Source: Moorella naiadis (nom. illeg.) (GTDB lineage Bacteria; Bacillota; DSM-521; Neomoorellales; Neomoorellaceae). Taken from it: a DNA stretch of 24,000 nucleotides. A program made the translations under genes and the position numbers. Each line of letters starts with the position of its first letter. Position 1 is the stretch's first letter. The DNA lies in contig NZ_JAXGFQ010000009.1 in NCBI RefSeq assembly GCF_051020825.1, positions 42,387 through 66,386 of the forward strand, in the 5' to 3' direction. Below are positions 17,025-24,000 of this stretch, piece after piece. The notes below the pieces were generated by a model, which was not told the DNA's origin, did no database searches, and worked only from the letters and a program-made list of their open reading frames with translations.

Positions 17025-17584
17025 GAATTTATACCCGGGCCAGGGAAGGGGAATTCACCTGCGGTGATGCCTGCCTGGTCAAGGACGAAGCAGGTATTCT
17101 TAATCTGGCCGTAGTTGACGGTATTGGCCACGGACCAGAAGCCGCCCGGGCTGCGGCTGAAGCTATTGCTTGCCTGGAAACCGGCCTGGATGTCGGCCTG
17201 GAAAATATATTCCGGCGTTGTCATCAAAGGTTAATAGGGACCAGGGGAGCCGTTGCCGCCCTGTGCCAGGTTGATAAAAAAGGGGGCCTTTGGCAGGCAG
17301 CCGTTGTAGGTAATATCCTTTTACAGATCCTGGCCGGCAAGATAGTAACCCCTTTAACTACTCCTGGTATCCTGGGTTATAATTACCCGCGCCGGCTTTT
17401 AATTCATCGGGGGCCATATCAGGAGGGGGATCTTTTTTTAATCCACTCGGACGGTATTCAGGAAGGCGCGGTCTCTCCGGCCGCTTTAGTGAATTCCCCC
17501 CTTCCCCCGCAGGAACTGGCCCGGCTAATAGGGGAAGGTTACGGCCGCCGGGATGATGACGTCGCCGTTATAGTTGCCAGGTAA
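17006..17584 (+). CDS. rsbX: RsbX-like PP2C-family phosphatase
   Basis: VVDGIGHGPEAARAAAEAI, LFLIHSDGIQEG, GRRDDDVAVIVAR; overlaps rsbT. Confidence 0.88.
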   Translation: MEALEVGIYTRAREGEFTCGDACLVKDEAGILNLAVVDGIGHGPEAARAAAEAIACLETGLDVGLENIFRRCHQRLIGTRGAVAALCQVDKKGGLWQAAVVGNILLQILAGKIVTPLTTPGILGYNYPRRLLIHRGPYQEGDLFLIHSDGIQEGAVSPAALVNSPLPPQELARLIGEGYGRRDDDVAVIVAR

Positions 17585-18900
17585 TGGAGGGCGAGCCCGC
17601 AATGGAAATAAAATGGCAGGAAGCCTACCTCGAGCTCTTACGGCAATATAGCCGGCAGCAGAGCGAAGCCATCCTCTATGAAGCCTCAAAATTGAGCAAA
17701 GCGCTGGTTGAGAGGGGCGTTGGTCCTGAAGATCTAGTCCAATTTCACTTGGAAGCCCTGGAAGGACTCTTCAGGGATATCTCCCCCTTGCGGGTACCGG
17801 GCCTGATTCTCATGTCCTTCGACCTGCTTCTGGAAGTAATGATGGCTTACGCCCTCAGTTTTCGGGAATACCTGGAGGTAAAAGATAAACTCATTGCGCG
17901 TCTGGAAACCTTTAATCAAGAATTAACTGCCGCCAACAGCAACCTGGAAACGAAAGTGCAAGAGCTTACGGTAATCCAGGATATGACCAGGGAATTGGGT
18001 GCCTGTTTGGACCTGGAGCTGACAGCCAGAATTATTACCCGGCACCTGCGGGAGCTGTTCCACTGCACCGGCGGATTGTACCTGGTCAATGGCAGCGGCG
18101 AATGGCAAGGTTATACCCTGGAAGAAACCCTGGTGCATAGTGCCCCGCCGGGAGATCTGGCAGCCGGAGCCAGACAATCGGCCAGGCTAGCAGGGCGAGA
18201 CTTGACCCTGCCCTTGGTCATCGGCCAGGAGGTTGGCGGCGCCGTCTTTTTACAAAAAGAAGGAGGATTTAGCGCCGACGAGGTCCGGTTGGCGGAGATC
18301 ATCGCCGGTTATGCCGCCTTGGCCGTTGAGCGCGCCCAGCTGTACGAAGCCATGAAACGCCAAGCCACCATTGACGCCAAGACGGGTTTATATAACTACC
18401 AGCATATGATGGAGTTGCTAGAAAAAGAGCTGGCCCGCGCCCGGCGTTACCAGCGTACCTTTACCTTAGCCATGCTCGATATCGATGACTTTAAGGTTTA
18501 TAACGACACTCACGGCCACCGGCAGGGAGACAAAACCCTCCAAAGAATAGCAGCCATCATCCAATCCAGCATCCGGGAGGTCGATATAGCAGCGCGTTAC
18601 GGCGGCGAAGAATTTGTCATGATCATGCCAGAAACTAATACCCTGGAAGCAACTGCTGTAACCGAAAGGGTACGCCGGAATATCATGAACGCCGCTATCG
18701 ATAATGAGGGCTGCGGTCCGGGCCGGGTGTTGACGGTGAGTATCGGGCTGGCCACCTACCCTCTGGATGCCGCCACAATCGGGGAGTTGATTGATGCTGC
18801 CGACAGCGCCCTCTACATGGCCAAGGCACAGGGGAAAAACACGGTCCGAGTGTTCGGTAAAGCTGACAGGTGGCGATCTGATAAGGAAAGGGTCTTTTAG
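17584..18900 (+). CDS. diguanylate cyclase: RsbU-N-like domain, GAF, GGDEF
   Basis: N-terminal SKALVERGVGPEDLVQFHLEAL resembles RsbU-N; GAF-like middle; GGDEF domain with RYGGEEFVMIMPET and upstream RxxD (REVD) I-site. ATG 17584 or 17602. Confidence 0.9.
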   Translation: MEGEPAMEIKWQEAYLELLRQYSRQQSEAILYEASKLSKALVERGVGPEDLVQFHLEALEGLFRDISPLRVPGLILMSFDLLLEVMMAYALSFREYLEVKDKLIARLETFNQELTAANSNLETKVQELTVIQDMTRELGACLDLELTARIITRHLRELFHCTGGLYLVNGSGEWQGYTLEETLVHSAPPGDLAAGARQSARLAGRDLTLPLVIGQEVGGAVFLQKEGGFSADEVRLAEIIAGYAALAVERAQLYEAMKRQATIDAKTGLYNYQHMMELLEKELARARRYQRTFTLAMLDIDDFKVYNDTHGHRQGDKTLQRIAAIIQSSIREVDIAARYGGEEFVMIMPETNTLEATAVTERVRRNIMNAAIDNEGCGPGRVLTVSIGLATYPLDAATIGELIDAADSALYMAKAQGKNTVRVFGKADRWRSDKERVF

Positions 18901-18930
18901 CCAGGGGACAGCAATATGGCTGTCCCCTGG
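18901..18930 (+). terminator. strong terminator-like hairpin after stressosome operon
   Basis: CCAGGGGACAGC-aatatg-GCTGTCCCCTGG, perfect 12-bp stem; short T-rich tail only (ctttaat). Confidence 0.65.
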
Positions 18931-19011
18931 CTTTAATACTGGGTTAAGGTGACTTAGGGAAACAGCGATTAATTTCGCTTAAAAGTGATGCTGTAAAAAT
19001 TGATGTAGGAT

Positions 19012-19040
19012 GGAGGATTTAGGTAAAACGTGTCGAATAA
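19012..19040 (+). promoter_or_regulatory. SigH-like promoter, copy 2
   Basis: GGAGGATTT-N11-GTCGAATAA is a full match to RNAGGAWWW-N11/12-RNNGAATWW. Confidence 0.45.
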
Positions 19041-19077
19041 AAAATATGCAATAAATACCAATAAAGAGGGCGAAATA

Positions 19078-19437
19078 ATGCTATTAAGCCCCACTAATCC
19101 CAGTAACTTCCGGGGGGGGGGGGGGTATATTTTACCATCCCTACCAGAAAAAATAAATCCCCCATGCCTGGATGTATTCGTTTTTCCTTCCCTATGCTTC
19201 ATATCCGGCGCAAGAACTACTCCCTCAACGCTGCAAGCACCCTCCGGCCTGTCTGCTTACCCGCGGTTGCAAGGCCATATCTTGCCTTCTACCCGTGCTA
19301 ATTTCCCAAGCGCGGATCATTCCCTTTTACGCTCTTTATATCCTTTACGGTCGCCCCCTGGTCGAGACTACCCTCATAAGCACCGGCTGCTCTTAAACAC
19401 TATTACTTTACGCATCTTTAACCTAGATGTAGCATAG
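19078..19437 (+). CDS. putative poly-glycine small ORF, copy 2 (MLLSPTNPSNFRGGGGYILPSLPEKINPP...)
   Basis: ATG preceded by AAAGAGGG; reads through 14 G; peptide motif shared with copy 1. Upstream GTG at 19030 also in frame but that frame is not conserved in copy 1. Confidence 0.4.
   Translation: MLLSPTNPSNFRGGGGYILPSLPEKINPPCLDVFVFPSLCFISGARTTPSTLQAPSGLSAYPRLQGHILPSTRANFPSADHSLLRSLYPLRSPPGRDYPHKHRLLLNTITLRIFNLDVA
19112..19125 (+). repeat. homopolymeric G tract, 14 nt
   Basis: Direct reading: ttcc-(G)14-tatatttt. Confidence 0.95.
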
Positions 19438-19483
19438 CAGCTGAAGTCAAACCTTTTAACATCGCACCCAGGGGGGTCTGGCC

Positions 19484-20494
19484 ATGAGCAAAGATAGTAG
19501 TTTTATGGGCGCAAGGATTGTTCCCAGATTAACAATCAACTATCTAGTCTTGCCAAACCCTACAGTGAGAATATTTTTACGGGGTACAGCTTTCCTTTTA
19601 TTAATGGTCGTTACGATGTTGAACTATCACGTTCGGAACCTGCCGGCCCAGATTATCATCGATTTTCTGTACCTTATTCCGATAACCGTAGCCGCAATGA
19701 ATTCCTTCATTGATGGCCTGGTAACCGCCCTGGCGGCAGGTTACCTGCGTCTCTTTATCAACCCGGTGACCTTTTCCTTCCTCAAAGCTACTGATTATGT
19801 TGATTTGATTATAGTTTTAGGCTTTTACCTGCTGGACCCCGTGCTGGTAGAACTATTAAGGCGTCTCGCCCGGCAGCGGCGACAACTGGGCCAAAACCTG
19901 TATATTACTACGGCCGCCCTGCTGGAGGCATTACATCTGCGTGACCAGTATACCGGCCGGCACTCGCGCCAGGTAGCTGGTTATGCCCGCCGGCTGGCCG
20001 CCGCTTTAGATTTACCCCGGGATTATCAAGAGAGCCTGTACCTGGCCGGATTACTCCATGACATCGGGAAAATTGGCATTAATGACGCCTGCTTGAATAA
20101 ACCAGGGCGGTTGACGCCGGAGGAATGGCAAGCTATCCGCCGCCACCCGCAGTTAAGCTACAATATAGTAAAAAAGGTTGATAAAATCGAAGAAGGGATT
20201 GCCCGGGCAGTCCTTTATCACCACGAACGCTATGACGGCCGGGGCTACCCCCAAGGGCTGAAGGGAGAGGCTATTCCCCTAGAAGCACGTATCTTAAGTG
20301 TAGCCGATTGCTATGACGCCATGACTACCAACCGGGTTTACCGGCCCGCCCTGACCCCGGTTGAGGCTGTCAGGGAGTTAAAGCGTTGCGCCGGTAGCCA
20401 GTTTGATCCGCAAATAGTGGATGTTTTTTGCCGTATCCTGGCCGCAGATGGTCTTAATCAAGATCATAAAGATAAAGCCCACGATCTTTGCTAA
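19484..20494 (+). CDS. membrane HD-GYP domain protein (predicted c-di-GMP phosphodiesterase)
   Basis: N-terminal hydrophobic segments, then LLHDIGKIGINDACLNKPGRLTPEEW, YHHERYDGRGYPQGLKGEAIPLEARILSVADCYDAM. Confidence 0.93.
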   Translation: MSKDSSFMGARIVPRLTINYLVLPNPTVRIFLRGTAFLLLMVVTMLNYHVRNLPAQIIIDFLYLIPITVAAMNSFIDGLVTALAAGYLRLFINPVTFSFLKATDYVDLIIVLGFYLLDPVLVELLRRLARQRRQLGQNLYITTAALLEALHLRDQYTGRHSRQVAGYARRLAAALDLPRDYQESLYLAGLLHDIGKIGINDACLNKPGRLTPEEWQAIRRHPQLSYNIVKKVDKIEEGIARAVLYHHERYDGRGYPQGLKGEAIPLEARILSVADCYDAMTTNRVYRPALTPVEAVRELKRCAGSQFDPQIVDVFCRILAADGLNQDHKDKAHDLC

Positions 20495-20534
20495 TGGTTT
20501 CATCCCGACTATACCTGACTGGAAAAAATTAAGC

Positions 20535-20562
20535 AAAACCTGTTGACCCCGGCAGGTTTTTT
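20535..20562 (+). terminator. Rho-independent terminator
   Basis: AAAACCTG-ttgaccccgg-CAGGTTTTTT. Confidence 0.75.
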
Positions 20563-20643
20563 CATCTTTTTTTAATGAAAAGATGTTACTATAGATAGCT
20601 GAGATAGTAAAGTGGCTAAAAAAGCTGGAGAAAAGGGGAGGCG

Positions 20644-21330
20644 GTGAGGTTGCGCATCCTGATCGTTGAAGATGAGACTACCCTGGCCAACACCCTGGCC
20701 CGTTGCCTGCGGGAGGAAGGCTACGCCGCTGATATAGCCTACGACGGCGAGGAAGGGGTGGCCTTTGCGGAAACGGTTCTTTATGACCTGATAATCCTGG
20801 ACCTCATGTTGCCCCGGCTGGATGGCATGGAGGTTATCCGGCGTCTGCGCAATGAGCGCATCCAGGCCCCGGTCCTCATGCTTACGGCCCGGGATACGGT
20901 GGCCGACAAGGTCAAGGGGCTGGATGCCGGGGCCGATGATTACCTGACCAAGCCATTTGCTTTGGCCGAGCTCCTGGCCCGCGTCCGCGCCTTGTTACGG
21001 CGGGAGAGTGAGAATAAGAGCACTGTCCTGCAGGTTGGAGACCTAACTATGGATACTGTCTCTCGCCAGGTACGCCGGGGTGAGAAGGAAATTAACCTGA
21101 CCAACAAGGAGTACGCCCTGCTGGAATACCTGATGCGTAATCCCAACCGGGTCCTTAACCGCACCCAGATCGCCGAGCACGTCTGGGATTATGACTTCAG
21201 CGGCATGTCTAACATAGTCGACGTCTACATCCGCTACCTGCGGCGTAAAATTGATGATAATTTTGAGCCCAAGTTACTATATACTTTTCGCGGCAGCGGC
21301 TATAGCCTGCGGGAACCAACCTTAGACTAG
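20644..21330 (+). CDS. OmpR/PhoB-family response regulator
   Basis: Receiver ILIVEDETTLANTLARCL...DLIILDLMLPRLDG...YLTKPFALAEL and winged-helix EYLMRNPNRVLNRTQIAEHVWDYDFSGMSNIVDVYIRYLRRKID. Confidence 0.96.
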   Translation: MRLRILIVEDETTLANTLARCLREEGYAADIAYDGEEGVAFAETVLYDLIILDLMLPRLDGMEVIRRLRNERIQAPVLMLTARDTVADKVKGLDAGADDYLTKPFALAELLARVRALLRRESENKSTVLQVGDLTMDTVSRQVRRGEKEINLTNKEYALLEYLMRNPNRVLNRTQIAEHVWDYDFSGMSNIVDVYIRYLRRKIDDNFEPKLLYTFRGSGYSLREPTLD

Positions 21331-21420
21331 ATGCCGCAGGAGCATTAGCGGCGCTGTCATGCAGGTACCAGGATTAAACATGCTTCGATTCCACAGGAGC
21401 GATTTTTAGGAGACTTAAAT

Positions 21421-22800
21421 TTGCGGCAGAGAATATTGGCCCGCCTGGGCGATATACCCCTGCGCTGGCGCCTCACGGCCTGGTACGTCCTGCTGCTGGC
21501 CGTTATCCTGGGCGGCTTCAGCGCTTTCATCTACATTAACATGTCCCTGAGCCTGAAAAAGGGGCTGGACGCCGTGCTGTTATCCCAGGGGGAACAGGTC
21601 TTAAGCAGCATGGATACCGAGAACGGGCGGCCGCGCCTGGACCCCAACCTGTCCCTCCTGCCGGGGACCTATTTCGCCTTTTACGACGCCAACGGCAAAA
21701 TCGTAAGTACCAACCTGCCGGCGGACTTGGCCGCCAGGATACCGGTGGCGGGCCTGGCGGGTAACCAGCCGGTTACGGTGGAGACCCCGGGGACCGAATG
21801 GCGGGTTTTGCTGGTTCCAGTCAGAGAACAGGGACAGCAAGCGTACCGGGTTCTGGTGGCGCGTTCCGAGGAAGAGGCCGAAAATCCCCTGGACCGCCTG
21901 TTATTATTTATCCTTATCGCCATTCCGTTAACCCTGGTGTTAGCGGCCGGCGGCGGCTTCTTCCTGGCCCGACGGGCCTTGAGCCCTATTGACCACATTG
22001 CCGCCAAGGCGCGCCGGATTAGCGCCACCGATTTGCAGCGGCGCCTGGACCTGCCCCACGGCAATGATGAAGTAGGGCGTCTGGTGGCTACCCTGGATGA
22101 GATGCTGGATCGCCTGGATCGGGCCTTCCAGCGCCAGCGGCAGTTTACTGCCGACGCCTCCCACGAGCTCCGCACCCCCTTGGCCGTCATCCGCAGCCAG
22201 GCCGAGGCGGTGTTGCAACGACGGCACTCGCCGGGGGAATACCGCCAGGCCCTGGAGGTCATTCGCGACCAGACGGAGTGGATGGGCAACCTGGTAGCGA
22301 AACTTCTCATCCTGGCCCGCAGCGACGACAGCCAGGAGCAACTGGAAAGGGAGCCCCTGGATTTAGGCGATCTGGTAGCTGGGGTGACGGCTGAATTCCA
22401 GGGGATGGCGGCAGATAAAGGGTTGTTGTTAAAGACGAGGATCAAGGATCAATTGAGTATCCAGGGCGACCAGACGCGCCTGACCCAGCTCCTGGCCAAT
22501 CTGGTGGAAAACGCCATCAAATATACGCCGGCTGGTGAGGTGATTATCACCCTGGAAAGGTCCGGCCGGGAGGCTTTGCTTCAGATCCAGGATACCGGGG
22601 TCGGCATCCCCGCGGAACACCTGCCCCATATCTTTGAGCGTTTCTACCGGGTTGATAAAGCCCGCTCCCGGGCCGAGGGCGGTTTCGGCCTGGGCCTGGC
22701 CATCTGCGACTGGATCGCCCGGGCCCACGGCGGCCGGATCACAGTGGAAAGCACCTTGGGGCGGGGGACAACCTTTAAGGTTCGGTTGCCCCTGGAGTGA
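21421..22800 (+). CDS. membrane sensor histidine kinase (HAMP)
   Basis: HAMP region ALSPIDHIAAKARRISATDLQRRL, H-box FTADASHELRTPLAVIRSQAEAVL, NLVENAIKYTP, DTGVGIPAEHLPHIFERFYRVD, GFGLGLAIC. TTG start. Confidence 0.95.
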   Translation: MRQRILARLGDIPLRWRLTAWYVLLLAVILGGFSAFIYINMSLSLKKGLDAVLLSQGEQVLSSMDTENGRPRLDPNLSLLPGTYFAFYDANGKIVSTNLPADLAARIPVAGLAGNQPVTVETPGTEWRVLLVPVREQGQQAYRVLVARSEEEAENPLDRLLLFILIAIPLTLVLAAGGGFFLARRALSPIDHIAAKARRISATDLQRRLDLPHGNDEVGRLVATLDEMLDRLDRAFQRQRQFTADASHELRTPLAVIRSQAEAVLQRRHSPGEYRQALEVIRDQTEWMGNLVAKLLILARSDDSQEQLEREPLDLGDLVAGVTAEFQGMAADKGLLLKTRIKDQLSIQGDQTRLTQLLANLVENAIKYTPAGEVIITLERSGREALLQIQDTGVGIPAEHLPHIFERFYRVDKARSRAEGGFGLGLAICDWIARAHGGRITVESTLGRGTTFKVRLPLE

Positions 22801-22878
22801 TAATAAGAACCTTTAAACCGGGTTTAATCTGCAAGTGTTATACTGGCTGGCGAAAATCGGGCAAAGGAAAGGGAAAAT

Positions 22879-24000
22879 ATGTGTGGCATAGGTGGCATAG
22901 CTTACGCTGATCCGCGGCAGACCTCTACGGCCGGTCTGCTGGAGGCTATGGCCGGGGCCATGTACCATCGCGGCCCCGATGACCAGGGCTTGCACCGGGA
23001 ACCGGGTTGCGGCTTGAGCTTCCGGCGTCTGGGCATCATCGATTTAGACGGTGGACACCAGCCCTTGAGCAACGAGGATGATACCCTTTGGCTCATCTGT
23101 AACGGGGAGATTTATAATTACCGGCAGCTGCGGCGGGGATTGCAGGCCCGGGGGCATATCTTTCGCAGCGGCAGTGACGCCGAGGTTATCCTCCACCTTT
23201 ATGAAGAGAGAGGCCTGGATTGCTTGGGTGAGCTGCAAGGCATGTTTGCCCTGGCCCTCTGGGATCGCCGGCAGCGCTGTTTACTCCTGGCCCGGGACCG
23301 CCTGGGGATTAAACCCTTATACTACACTATGGTGTCCGGCAACCTAGCCTTTGCCTCGGAGATTAAACCCCTTCTCACCCTGCCGGGAGTTAACGCGGCG
23401 GCGAATCTGGCGGCCATCGACAGCTACCTGACCCTGCGCTTTGTCCCGGCACCCTTGACCTTTTTTCGGGAAATCTACAAGCTTCGTCCAGGGCACTACC
23501 TGACTTACCACCAGGGCCGGGTCAAGGATGAGGGTTACTGGGATCTGCCGGCGCCGGGAAGCTTTACCGGTACTGCTGATGAGGCAGCGGCTACTTTGCT
23601 GGCTTTACTCCAGGAAACAGTAGGCAGCCATCTCCAGAGCGAAGCCCCGGTAGGGCTGTTCTTGAGCGGCGGTCTGGACAGCAGCACCATCCTGGCCCTG
23701 GCCGCCAGGGAAGGGGTGGGCAGGCTGCAGACCTTTTCCCTGGGCTTCACCCGTGCCAATCAGCCTCACCAGGGTTTCTGGGAACTGGCTGCTGCCCGGG
23801 GCCTGGCCCGGTATTACGCCACCGACCACCACGAGATTGAGGTCGCCCCCGGGGAGGTACCTGAAGCCCTGGCCAGGATGGTCTGGCAGCTAGAGGAACC
23901 CCTGGGGGATCCCACCATGATCCCCTTATATTTTATCAGCCGCGAGGCGTCCGGCCGGGTTAAGGTCGTCCTGTCCGGCGAGGGGGCCGATGAGATTTTC
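22879..24000 (+). CDS. asnB: asparagine synthase (glutamine-hydrolyzing), 3' end outside window
   Basis: MCGIGGIAYADP (N-terminal nucleophile Cys2), MYHRGPDDQG, CNGEIYNYRQLR, APVGLFLSGGLDSSTILAL (PP-loop SGGLDSS). Absent from the ORF track because no stop lies in the window. Confidence 0.95.
   Translation, partial: MCGIGGIAYADPRQTSTAGLLEAMAGAMYHRGPDDQGLHREPGCGLSFRRLGIIDLDGGHQPLSNEDDTLWLICNGEIYNYRQLRRGLQARGHIFRSGSDAEVILHLYEERGLDCLGELQGMFALALWDRRQRCLLLARDRLGIKPLYYTMVSGNLAFASEIKPLLTLPGVNAAANLAAIDSYLTLRFVPAPLTFFREIYKLRPGHYLTYHQGRVKDEGYWDLPAPGSFTGTADEAAATLLALLQETVGSHLQSEAPVGLFLSGGLDSSTILALAAREGVGRLQTFSLGFTRANQPHQGFWELAAARGLARYYATDHHEIEVAPGEVPEALARMVWQLEEPLGDPTMIPLYFISREASGRVKVVLSGEGADEIF

Noticed and set aside
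19030-19437. GTG 19030 as the start of the element-2 ORF
   Set aside because: GTG lies inside the SigH-like motif and the 19030-19077 frame is not preserved in copy 1 (spacing differs by 2 nt); ATG 19078 has its own Shine-Dalgarno.
21681-22445. 254-aa minus-strand ORF, plus 99- and 133-aa minus-strand ORFs opposite the histidine kinase
   Set aside because: Antisense to a clearly recognisable kinase with all catalytic boxes; Arg/Ser-rich composition typical of shadow ORFs in GC-rich codons; no motif.
1-24000. CRISPR arrays, tRNA/rRNA genes, transposase or prophage genes
   Set aside because: No regularly spaced repeats, tRNA-like cloverleaf signatures or transposase/integrase motifs were recognised on either strand.

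Overview
High-GC Firmicute-type window. Gene content and order, especially an rsbR/S/T/X-like stressosome followed by a GGDEF gene, resemble the published Moorella thermoacetica arrangement; that organism call is inference. Left part: SNF2-type helicase C-terminus, SWIM-finger protein, OsmC-like protein, ECF sigma factor plus putative anti-sigma, then a NEW3-type exported protein with an ABC ATPase and permease. Centre and right: a dense signalling and c-di-GMP neighbourhood. It holds a GEMM/c-di-GMP-I riboswitch in front of a copper-amine-oxidase-N-domain surface protein, two paralogous single-domain receiver proteins, a CHASE3-like histidine kinase, a receiver/HD-GYP protein, a stand-alone FliD-like protein, a PAP2 phosphatase, the stressosome/diguanylate cyclase operon, a membrane HD-GYP protein, an OmpR-type two-component pair and a partial asparagine synthase. 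The most unusual signal is a pair of diverged ~0.35-0.4 kb elements (about 7510-7910 and 18985-19440). Each has a near-perfect SigH-like promoter, a Shine-Dalgarno, a small ORF running through a long pure G tract (17 G and 14 G) with the peptide frame conserved (GGGG-[DY]-ILP-x-x-PEK), and a pyrimidine-rich tail. Each lies just upstream of a signal-transduction gene. Other non-coding signals are a duplicated SigA promoter/leader (9688-9774 and 15357-15440), a candidate small RNA (7350-7491) and intergenic hairpins.
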